From the NCBI RefSeq assembly GCF_006345805.1, contig NC_043004.1, forward strand, positions 41,106,001 to 41,170,000: a stretch of DNA of 64,000 nucleotides. Direction: 5' to 3'. Source of the stretch: Octopus sinensis. Its lineage: Eukaryota. This document shows, one piece after another, positions 24,857 through 35,980 of the stretch. Made by a program: the position numbers and the translations under genes. The notes beneath the pieces are model-generated. The model searched no databases and had not been told where the DNA came from. It saw only the letters and a list, made by a program, of their open reading frames with translations. The stretch's first letter is position 1, and each line of letters begins with the position of its first letter.

Positions 24857-25006
24857 GGGAGAGTTTACGAAAAAAACAAAAGATGAAGACAGCTGGTGTA
24901 CAAAACAGATTTATTAGTATAACGCTCAGGAATAGAAAGTCTTTTACATTTCAAGCCTACGCTCTTCTACAGAAAGGGACACAGAAAAAACAAGGAGAGA
25001 AAAAAA
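24857..25006 (-). mobile_element. Penelope-like terminal repeat fragment with hammerhead-like motif, next to (TA)n
   Basis: Reverse complement of 57361-57516. The PLE assignment is inferred from the motif architecture. Confidence 0.55.
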
Positions 25007-25007
25007 T

Positions 25008-26272
25008 ATTTGCTAGCTCATACGATTAACAGAACCTCTTTACTCAGCTACGGTGTTATATTAGCTATCAATAATGATATTCCCTCTGATCTTTCTGATT
25101 TTCAAACCTATTTATCTAATGTTTATTTATCGACAATGCCGTCCCCAGTCAAATTCCCTCACACACGCTTATTGTCACGTGTCCCTTGACCTCTCTCTCT
25201 AACTAACCCTATCTCTCTCCTCTCTATGTCCCCCCTTCCATAAATAACCATCATCGCCATGGTTTCTCTGCCCCCCCTCCCCTTCCCAAAACCATCATCG
25301 CCATATATAAAAGAGCGATCGCATTTATCGTTAACCCCACTCGCTTCAAAATATCTAAAGAATACGCACAGATCATGAATGGCTAAAAGTTAAGTGAATC
25401 GTCCAACCTCGCTACGACTACCTTCTTTCTTGCACTTATTCTTATTCTTTCTCTATTCTTCAATTTCCATCTCATTGTATTGTCCCTCATTCTTTCAGTA
25501 TTCCTCATTACCCCCGTCTAGCTCAAACATTTTTTTCGTTTAGACTTGTCTCCAGGTTCATAGCCACTCTGATTTTTCAATTTTTCGTTTAGTATTGTCT
25601 CCCATTCATACAAACCCATTTGCTAGCTCATACGATTAACAGAACCTCTTTACTCAGCTACGGTGTTATATTAGCTATCAATAATGATATTCCCTCTGAT
25701 CTTTCTGATTTTCAAACCTATTTATCTAATGTTTATTTATCGACAATGCCGTCCCCAGTCAAATTCCCTCACACCGCTTATTGTCACGTGTCCCTTGACC
25801 TCTCTCTCTAACTAACCCTATCTCTCTCTCTCTATGTCCCCTCTTCCCATAACCATCATCGCCATGGTTCTCTATGCCCCCCCTCCCCTTCCCAAAACCA
25901 TCATCGCCATATATAAAAGAGCGATCGCATTTATCGTTAACCCCACTCGCTTCAAAATATCTAAAGAATACGCACAGATCATGAATGGCTAAAAGTTAAG
26001 TGAATCGTCCAACCTCGCTACGACTACCTTCTTTCTTGCACTTATTCTTATTCTTTCTCTATTCTTCAATTTCCATCTCATTGTATTGTCCCTCATTCTT
26101 TCAGTATTCCCTCATTACCCTGTCTAGCTCAAACATTTTTTTCGTTTAGACTTGTCTCCAGGTTCATAGCCACTCTGATTTTTCAATTTTTCGTTTAGTA
26201 TTGTCTCCCGATTCATACAAACCCATTTGCTAGCTCATACGATTAACAGAACCTCTTTACTCAGCTACGGTG
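25008..26272. repeat. Tandem array of about 608-bp units (2 full plus about 48 bp)
   Basis: atttgctagctcatacgattaacagaacc starts at 25008, 25618 and 26225; units near-identical. Confidence 0.95.
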
Positions 26273-29200
26273 CACCCGCCCTCCCACCCCCACCACGCAT
26301 GCCGGAAGTTCCTATTCTCTGCCATTCCGGGGTTGCTTCCCATGAAGACTGCAAATGCTCTCACCATCCCTACCCCTAGTCTCGACTTATGTAAGGTAAT
26401 GTTCATACAGTGCAAAATATGAAAGGCTAGCGTTATGCAGGTTGTACTGAAGGCTACTTACTATACTTCATTTCTTGCACATGAATTCTGCCAAATGCGA
26501 GCTTTCTTTTCAGGTACACGAAGCTACTGTCCACCGTCCCAGGGTCTCTAGAGCCCATGCCTCCCACACCCCTCAGGTTGGCACCCTCAACGTTGGCACT
26601 CTGAAAGGTAGGTCTGGTGAGATAGTCGAGATGCTTGAACGGAGATGTGTGGATATATGTTGCATGCAAGAAATAAGGTGGAGAGGAGGATCAGCTAGGT
26701 TCCTCACAGGCAAGGAACGCAGGTACAAGATTTTCTGGGCAGGAACACTGACGGGGTTGGTGGCGTGGGTATACTTATCGCTGAGAAATGGGTAGATAAA
26801 GTAATTGAGGTAATCAGAGTATGTGACAGAATACTTAAGATTAGATTAGTGCTTCATCATAGTTTAGCAACCATTATATCAGCCTATGCTCCTCAGTCGG
26901 GGCTACCCGATGGACAGAAAGACCGATTCTATGACACTCTACTGCAGACTACCTCGTTGACGAATGACAGAGACCTTATCTTTGTGGCTGGTGACTTCAA
27001 TGGTCACGTTGGACGACATGCTGGGGGCTTCCATGGCGTACATGGAGGCTATGGCTATGGCTCCCGCAACGAGGAGGGAACCAGGCTGCTGGAGTTCTGC
27101 GATGCAAATAATCTTATGATTTGCAACACTAACTTCAGGAAACCTACCAGCCACCTAGTCACTTACCAATCGGGCCAACATACCAGCCAAATTGACTACA
27201 TCCTTACAAGGCAAAGGGAGAGATGGCTGCTTATAAATGCCAAAACCTTCCCAGGTGAAGAATGTACCCCACAACATAGACTGGTAGTTAGTGACTTTAG
27301 GATCAGGACTAGGAGGACAACCAGAAGACAAATATGGAGAAGAAGGATCTGGAAGCTTAAAGATCCTGCAAATGGACAGAGATTTAGGGACATATTACTT
27401 GAAGCCTCTGACAAGTAGAAGGGGATAGAGCATCACAGGGGGTAGAAGACAGCTGGACGTTTCTAAGGGACAACCTGCTGAGAGCCACTGACCAGATCTG
27501 TGGCTGGTGCTAAGTCCCCTCTCGACCTAGAATAACGTGGTGGTGGAACATATTGTAGACAGGGCTATTAGAGAAAAGAGACAGGCTTGGAAGGTCTGGA
27601 AAAATGGGGGTAGCAGGGAATTGTATCAGACTGCCAAAAGAGAAGCTAGGAGACAGGTTTATTTAGCCAGAGGGGAAGCAGATAAGAAAAAATTTGCCAA
27701 TGTTCTGCGCCGTGAGGACCAAAGACTGGAGGTGTTTCGTGTTGCAAGACAGTGTGTGAGAGAGAATCGTGATGTGGTAGGAGAGAAGTGTGTTCGCATG
27801 GGAGATGGTTCACTTGCGCTAAATGAGGATGCAAAGAGAGAGGTTTGGAGATGCCACTATGAAAGGTTGCTGAATGAAGAAAATGAATAGGATAAAGAGA
27901 GTCTGCCGAATGTTGACCCAACAGAGGGACCAGCTATCCGAGTCGATAGTTCCGTGGTAGCTAAGGCAATTAGAAGCATGAAGACGGGGAAAGCCCCAGG
28001 CCCATCAGGAATCACTGCAGAGATGCTCAAAATGTCTGGTAGTGTCGGCTATAGCCTAGTCACCCGTATAGTTAATCAGGTGATACACAAAGGGGTCATA
28101 CCCAATGACTGGTGTAGCAGTATAATAGTCAACTGCTACAAAGGTAAAGGTGATGCCCTAGATACAAATAACTACAGAGGTATCAAGCTGTTGGACCAGG
28201 TGATGAAGGTTACGGAGAGGGTCATAGCCCAACTAATTAGAGAGAGAGTTAGTTTAGATGAGATGCAGTTTGGGTTTGTGCCAGGGAAAAGTACTACTGA
28301 TGCTATATTCCTGGTAAGGCAGCTGCAGGAGAAATACCTAGCCAAAGATAAGCCCCTGTACCTGGCTTTTGTTGACATGGAGAAAGCCTTCGACAGGGTC
28401 TCCCGATCCCTTATCTGGTGGGCAATGAGGAAACTAGGGATAGATGAATGGTTAGTGAGAGCTGTGCGGGCCATGTATAGGGATGCCGCTAGTAGGGTGA
28501 GGGTTGGAAATGAGTACAGTGAAGAATTCCGGGTAGAGGTAGGGGTCCACCAAGGCTCAGTACTCAGCCCCCTCCTATTTATCATAGTCCTCCAGGCAAT
28601 AACGGAGGAATTCAAGACAGGATGCCCTTGGGAGCTCCTCTATGCTGATGACCTTGCTCTAATTGCTGAGTCGCTATCAGAACTGGAGGAGAAGTTTCAG
28701 GTGTGGAAACAAGGATTAGAATCGAAGGGCCTCGGAGTCAATCTAGCTAAAACCAAAGTCGTAATCAGTAGGAAGGTAGACAAATCACAAACACCTTCAG
28801 GTAGATGGCCCTGCTCGATCTGTAGAAAAGGTGTAGGTAGAAACTCTATAAGATGCACCAAGTGTAAGCTATGGACACATAAGAGATGCAGCAATGTCAA
28901 AGGAAGGCTAACTAGGAAGATGGTTTTTGTATGTGGCAGATGCTCAGGAACAATAAACACTGAAAATGCTCTGAGACCAACTTCCGTCACTTTCCAGGGA
29001 GAAAAACTAGAAATAGTTGATAGTTTCCGTTACCTAGGTGACCAAGTCAGCAGCGGGGGGGCGGGTGTGCTGAAAGTGTAACTGCTAGAGTAAGAATAGC
29101 TTGGGCAAAGTTCAGAGAGCTCTTACCTCTGCTGGTGACAAAAGGCTTCTTGCACAGAGTGAAAGGCAGACTGTATGATGCGTGTGTACAAACAGCCATG

Positions 29201-30197
29201 CTACATGGCAGTGAAACATGGGCCGTGACTGCTGAGGATATGCGTAAGCTCGCTAGAAATGAAGCCAGTATGCTCCGATGGATGTGTAATGCCGGTACTC
29301 ACACACTCGGCAGAGTGTAAGTACCTTGAGAGAAAAGCTGGACCTAAGAAGCATCAGTTGTGGTGTGCAAGAGAGACGTTTGCGCTGGTATGGTCATGTG
29401 GCGAGAATGGATGAAGATAGTTGTGTGAAAAAGTGCCACACCCTAGCGGTTGAGGGAACCTGTGGAAGAGGCAGACCCAGGAAAACCTGGGACGAGGTGG
29501 TGAAGCACGACCTTCGAACTTTAGGTCTCACTGAGGAAATGACTAGAGACCGAGACCTCTGGAAGTGTGCTGTGCGCGAGAAGACCCGCAGGACAAGTGA
29601 GTCCATAACCCTTGGCCTTCTACATGGGATGGAGCCAGCCTACGTATGCATATCTTCCCTTCTTGGGACACAAAACTCTACTTGTGAAGACGTGTTGAGG
29701 CAAGTGAGGATCAGAATCGAAATCGATCAATGGAAATTGCGGATGTGCTACCAGTGCCGGTGGCATGTCGAAACTCTGCTTGTGAAGACCCGTTGAGGCA
29801 AGTGAGGATCAGAATCGAAATCGATCAATGGAAATTGCAGATGTGTTACCAGTGCCGGTGGCATGTAAGAGAACTTTCCGTTTCACGACCGTTGCCAGCA
29901 CCGCCCCGTTTCGTGTCCGTTGCCAGCCTCGCCTGGCCCCCGTGCCGGTGGCACATAAAAAGCACCATCCGTTCGTGGCCGTTTGCCAGCTCTGTCTGGC
30001 ACCAGTGCGGGTGGCACGTAAAAAGCACCCACTACACTCACGGAGTGGTTGGCGTTAGGAAGGGCATCCAGCCGTAGAAACACTGCCAGATTTTGACTGG
30101 GCCTGATGAAGCCTTCTGGCTTCACAGACCCCAGTAGAACCGTCCAACCCATGCTAGCATGGAAAACGGACGCTAAACGATGATGATGATGATGATA
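26273..30197 (+). mobile_element. RTE-clade LINE, near full length, disrupted (APE endonuclease, RT, PHD finger, 3' UTR, (GAT)n tail)
   Basis: GTLNVG, CCMQE, SAYAPQ, GDFNGH, QIDYIL endonuclease motifs; GVHQGSVLSPLLF and YADD (28641-28652); at least seven frameshifts or stops. The 5' boundary is approximate. Confidence 0.93.
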
Positions 30198-30205
30198 TGG
30201 GACTG

Positions 30206-30553
30206 AAGTGAAGGCACATGGCTCAGTAGTTTGAACGTCAGGCTCTCAATCATGAGGTTGTGAGTTTGATTCCCAGACCGGGCTGTGTGCTGTTTTCTTG
30301 AGCAAGACACTTTATTTCACATTGCTTCAGTTCACTCAGCTGTAGAAATGAGTTTGCAACATCACTGGTGCCAAGCTGTATTGGTCTTTTCCTTTCCTGT
30401 GGATAACATCGATGGTGTGGAGAGGGGAGACTGGCATGCATGGCTGACTGCTAGTCTTCCACGAAAAACCTTGTCCAGACTTGTGCCTAAGAGGGGAACT
30501 TTCTAGGTGCAATCCCATGGTTATTCTTGACCAAAGGGGGTCTTTACCCTCTA
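30206..30553 (+). mobile_element. SINE family C (head GTGAAGGCACATGGCTCAGTGG)
   Basis: Further copies at about 35043-35372 and 37013-37325; A/B-box-like head. Confidence 0.8.
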
Positions 30554-31723
30554 CCCTATATATAGGACAGCCTTATCCAGTGTGAGCTTCTCCTTTTTAA
30601 GACAATAAAGTATGAATTAAGGATGACTTGGCTACTACATCTAGTTAGTCAAGTCATTGAAGAGACTCTCTCATTGACAATTGTTGTGTAGCATTGACTG
30701 AACACACCTATGATAAAGGTATTCTGGCCTGTGATCTTCTTGTCTTTTTGTATATTAGGGGTACCCTAAGCATCATATTTATCTGGTAGTACCTATGCTA
30801 GCTATCGCTATATCCCTTTCCAGTTAAAAAGAACTGTTCTGATCTCAGAAATTTCTAATTATCATGCTTCTATTACAACGATTATGATGATAGGAGAAGT
30901 ATGCATGTTCGTACAGTATGACATACTCACACAAATGCATGCATATACACATTTGGTTTTGCACAAGTATTGGCTGACTTGCCTAACATACCACCTGGTT
31001 TAACACCATCACCAGCTTCTGGGGTACCTGTTAGTTGGGATCACTCTATTGTAAGCTTTTGGTCTAAACCTCCGTTTCCTTGAAGATGTACAGGCTAGGA
31101 AAGATGTATTAGCGAATTTAGTCCAACCAATCTGAGAGGGTACCTAAATTCATTGATACTGTTCCTCCTCTGATGGATTTATAATATTATCATTTAGACC
31201 TAGTTGATCATCATCATTATTATCATTTAATGTCCATCGTCCCTGCTGGCATGGGTTGGATGGTCTGACCAGAGCTGGCAAGCTGGGGAACTGCACCAGA
31301 CTCCAGTTGATATTTCAACAAATTCAAGATTTGTTAGTTTTTTTTTTTGTTTAGTTTAAAAAATTAGCCAAGATAAGAGTTCAAATCCACAGGAAATATA
31401 GGAAAATGTAGTCTTATAAATAAATGGAAAATTTATCTAACACTACAGTTTAAATACCTATCGTTTGACCCCATTTCAATCCTGATGAAGTAGATCTATA
31501 ATCAAAGAAGTTCGAAACCTGTCCAACCTGTTGTAATTTCTGCCAGCTTGTCCTTTTTCTTTAAAAAAACCCCAGTAAAATGTAATATGGGGAGGTCTCT
31601 GTTAAATAGCCATCAGAATTGACAAAAGTAGTTTACTAGTAAAAAAAAAAATACAAAAGAAAAGTAAAATAAAAATATACAAAACCTGTAATTATTTTTT
31701 AAAATTATTTTGCCAATTTATAG

Positions 31724-31873
31724 ATCAACCACTTCCAGCAAGAAATGAATGAACTCAAAGTTCGATCAAAGACTTGCTTCTCAACTGTTGGAACTGAAGA
31801 CGAGAAACGCTTCTTGAAAACCAAAACTGAACAGATGACTGGATTCTGTAAAGAGATCAAAAACATTACTCAG
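31724..31873 (+). CDS. NUP214: Nup214 exon (coiled coil, INHFQQEMNELKVRSK...)
   Basis: tttatag acceptor, CAG|gtcagt donor, phase 0 to 0; resembles IAHFQKELEELK. Confidence 0.92.
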
Positions 31874-33493
31874 GTCAGTTGATCAATCAAATTGTATTCA
31901 TTTATTTCTCTCTCTCAAGCTCTTGATATTTTGCATATCTTGCCAAAACTTAGGTTTTTCAGGTGGTACTAAAGTGGGAAGCTAAGGTGTTAAACTACCT
32001 CATTACTTACATTCGTTCTGACATTGTTGTAATTGATTTTGCCAAAACTTGACCATGCAGTACTATGGCCCACTTCCATAACCCGACAAGAAAACAAAGC
32101 GTACTAGTAAATTGCACTGTCCTTCCACTTCTTGTGACAGAAAATTGTACCTATCCATTGTACCTATTTGTAGGAAAATGGATTGGATCAGGAGTGTTAT
32201 GTCTCTTTCGTAAAAGACAAGATGCTGGCGATGAGCCAGTAGGCCAGTAATTTGTCATGTTCTTAACTTGGTCTGAATTGACTTCTTGTTTGTTTAGATA
32301 CTACAGAACAGTATTCAGTTTTCAGCAATAGATGTGGGTGTGGCCGTGTCATTAAATAGTTCGCTTCCCAACCACATAGCTGCAAGTTCAGTCCTACTGC
32401 TGGACACTTAGGCAAGAGTCTTCTACTATAACTGCAAGCTGATGAAAGCCCTGTGAGTGGCTTTGGTAGGCAAAAACTGAAAGAAGCCTGTTGTGTGTGT
32501 GTTTTTGTCTATGGGCCTGACACAGCTCTGCAACCAGCTGGTTCCCAGTCAAACCATTCCAACCCATTCCCGCATGGAAAGCAGACTTTGAATGATGATG
32601 ACGGTGTGTGTGCGTGCATGTGTTACTGTCTTCTTGCCCTGGCGTCATGTGATAGTTGCAAGCAAGTGTCAGTGTCATGCAAGCGGTGTCCTTTGCTTCC
32701 AATCTTCTGAGATACATCTGCTCAGGGTCAAATATTACCTCACTTGGAAACAGATGAGGGTGGTAACAGGCAGGATATCCAGCCGTACAAAATCCACCTC
32801 AATAAGCTTCATCCAAGCCATGCAAACTTTTGAAAAGTGAGTCTTAAATGTTTACAATGACATCAATATTATAATTGAAAATAAGGCAGCAATCATATCA
32901 AGAATGTGACAAATTATTGGCATGGCAGGCAAAATGCTTAGTGTCATTGTGTTTCCATTTATGTTTTAAGTTCAAATTCCACTAAGGTCAGCTGCTTTGC
33001 CTTTCATCCTTTTGAGGTTGGTAAAATGAGTACAAGTTGAGTGCTGGGGACTATGTAATCAACTTGCCTCATCATCATCATCGTTTAACGTCCATTTTCC
33101 GTGCTAGCACAGGTTGGACGGTTCGACTGGGGTCTGGGAAGCCAGGAGGCTGCACCAGGCTCCAGTCTGATCTGGCAGTGTTTCTACAGCTGGATGCCCT
33201 TCCTAATGCCAACCACTAGTGGGTGCTTTTTGTGTGCCAGGGAAGTCTGGCAGCGGCCACGATTGGTTGGTGCTTTTTACATGCCACCGGCACAGGTATC
33301 ACAACTACATGTACTTGACTCAATAGGTTTCCTCAAGCACAGCAGGTTGTTCTGAAATAGCACAGCAGGTTGTTGGCCTTGTACTAGAATTTAAAATCAG
33401 TATTATAATTGAAAATGTGTGTGGGGAATCAATGCTTCCAATTGTTGCTTTGATTTTAGTCTCTTATCTACTACCTGTTTTTTCTCTTTAAAG

Positions 33494-33759
33494 ATTGTGC
33501 ACAAAGAAATTGATGCAGAGAAATTATCTGTGTTTGAGATGTTTGGCATCCTGGAAGAATGCCGTGTTAAGAACCGATACCATCAAGATGTCAACTATCA
33601 CAAAATGCTGCGTTTACAGCCATTAGATCCTGCCAGTGTCGACACAATGAATATGCTACGACAACAGTTGATGGCTGTCTCAAATCGACTGACTGACATT
33701 AATACTGTCTTGGACGAACAATGGGAACTCTTCCAGAAACAGCGCTCAACAAAAAACAA
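33494..33759 (+). CDS. NUP214: Nup214 exon (coiled coil, ...LQPLDPAS...VLDEQWE)
   Basis: ctttaaag acceptor, AA|gtaaaa donor, phase 0 to 2; resembles RPLDP...DVLDLEW. Confidence 0.92.
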
Positions 33760-34691
33760 GTAAAATACCCCTAAGTTTATTTTAGTACTTTCATTGATTT
33801 TTTTTTTTTTATGGCATATTCAGGAGTAGGAAGGGCAGTGCCCACAATATTTTGCAGGGCCTCCACAACTAATAGTGTGGAAGGGTAAGAAGCTACCCTT
33901 AGATCAGAGACCTTGTTTAAAGCTTGCAGTAGAGTGCATTCTACCAAAAGCATTCAAAGGCCAGGTGATGATGCTGAACCTGGTGTCCACCCAAAAAAAA
34001 ATAGTTGTTCCAACAATTTCACTCACAACATTCGGGTCAAGCCAAGTCTGTGGTGGAAGACATCGACCCAGAGTGCTCTGCAGTGGGAAGATTATGAAAC
34101 AAACTTCTTAATCTCATGTCCATGCCTGTGTCTCAACTAGGAGGAATTACAACCATGTTTCGTGGTCTGCTACCACAACAGCTCCTTTATAGGATCCAGT
34201 TAGCTCAAGACATCATCAGAAAGAACCACGTCCGGTTTCGGTCCCTACTCCTCTACTGTTTTGATGTGGCGGGGCCCCTCCTTTCGGAGGTGTCTTCAGC
34301 TCTGGTGTTGGGTGCATGTCTTTCTTCTGTTCCCTGGCCTCATCAATGTATCGTCAGCCGGTGACTGAGTGCCTTGTCAAATTTTTCCCTTTAAATACCT
34401 GCTGCATAGGCTCTAGCAAGTTGTCATGTGATACTGTCTCACCTTAACTGATTGTTTTTTGCCCATTTTACGCCATGAAGCTTGAGCTAGGCATCGACCA
34501 TTTGAGACTCTTAAGAATGTAGAAACCTTTTACATTTGCTGCTGGTAAAGGAATTACCTTGTCTTATATTCAGTATCTGGCTAGTACTTTAATTTATTAT
34601 TTTATTGTCATTGTGAAGACGAAAGGCAAAGTTGATCTGAATGAAATTTGAAACCAGAACACAGATGGCTGTAACTAAACATCACAGGTTG

Positions 34692-34925
34692 GAAGACGGC
34701 GAGCTGGCAGAAACGTTAGCACGCTGGGTGGAATGCGTAGCCGTATTTCGTCTGTCGTTACGTTGTGAGTTCAAATTCCGCCAAGGTCAACTTTGCCGTT
34801 CATGCTTTCGGGGTCGATAAATTAAGTACCAGTTACGCACTGGGATCGATGTAATCGACTTAATACCTATGTCTGTCCTTGTTTGTCCCCTCTATGTTTG
34901 GCCCCTTGTGGGTAATAATGAAATA
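34692..34925 (+). mobile_element. SINE family A
   Basis: Match to the family consensus. Confidence 0.85.
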
Positions 34926-35755
34926 GGTTTATCTGATGTGATAGCCCTTTAGTGTTCAGATTATTCTGTCAAATGTCATGCTTATAAATTCACACTTTGA
35001 ATTATTTATTTGTTATCTCATAGCTTCATGTGTTATCTTATTGTGAAGGTGCATGACTCAGTGGCTAGAGCGTCAGGCTTGCAATCATGAGGTTGTGAGT
35101 TTGATTCTTGGTCTGGGCTGTGAGTTGTGTTCTTGAGCAAGACACTTAATTTCATGTTGCTCCAGTTCATTCAGCTGTAGAAATGAGTTACAACGTAACT
35201 GGTGCCAAGTTGTGTCAGCCTTTCCCTTGGATAACATTGATGGTGTGGAGAGGGGAGGCTGGTATGCATGAGGTAATTGTTGGTCTTCCATAAACAACCT
35301 TGCCTAACTTGTGCCTTGAAGGGAAGCTTTCTAGGTGCAATCCTATGGTCATTCATGACCGAAGGGATTCTTTATTTTATCTCATAGCTTCAAGATTTTG
35401 ATGACATGATTAATAATTTTTAGAATTACCTCATAGGTTAGGTGTGAGAGCAAAGATTTGGTTTGTTTGAAGATAAACTAGAATATTTGGGCTGGATACA
35501 ACTGTTTTTAACCCTTTAGCATTTAAACCGGCCATATCCGGCCAAAAGTATTCTGCCAGTTTTATGTTCAAACTGGCCAGATCTGGTCTCTCACGCCAGC
35601 CCTATAATATCGTTTTAAAAATTAACAGCTACCTCATAAAAATCTCATAGCTACAAGATAATGCATGATTAGCTCAAAACAATGTGGATAAAAAAGTTTA
35701 TATATTTGTGTGTATTTGCCTTCATGTTCATACACTTTTCTTTGTTTCTTTGTAG

Positions 35756-35980
35756 AAAACCATCTCTAAGTGGTAATATGCCCCTTCAAGAAATCAACAC
35801 TGCCAGTAAATTTAGCCCTTCTGGCAGCAATACCATTTACCAAGTGATCCGCAAAAACCACAATATTATCAATGAACAGAAGAAAGTTATTGAAAATGTA
35901 CACAACAGTTTGAAAGACCTACATTTATATGATCAGAAAGATGCTTGGAGCTACAGGAACCTCTCTCCATACAAACTTGG
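35756..35980 (+). CDS. NUP214: Nup214 exon (TIYQVIRKNHNIINEQKK...LKDLHLY)
   Basis: ttgtag acceptor, GG|gtaagt donor, phase 2 to 2. Confidence 0.9.

Noticed and set aside
28172-28990. Minus-strand ORFs of 147 and 97 aa
   Set aside because: Antisense to the RTE reverse transcriptase; no independent signal.
29780-30040. Repeated GTGCCGGTGGCAC..TAAAAAGCACC units as a CRISPR-like array
   Set aside because: Eukaryotic LINE 3' UTR; the spacers are related to each other and there are no cas genes.
30095-30135. CTGATGAAGCC-TTCT-GGCTTCACAG resembling a hammerhead core
   Set aside because: No GAAA after the stem, and sister copies read CTGGTGCAGCC; it is only a hairpin.
29730-30152. Several overlapping ORFs, also seen in every RTE-tail copy
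   Set aside because: Products of the GC-rich repetitive 3' UTR; no domain and no consistent frame.
34120-34380. Minus strand has two CTGA(A/T)GA and two CGAAAC motifs plus a CCTCC-GAAA-GGAGG hairpin
   Set aside because: I could not form a convincing stem I for either pairing and it is single-copy here; an Infernal search would decide.
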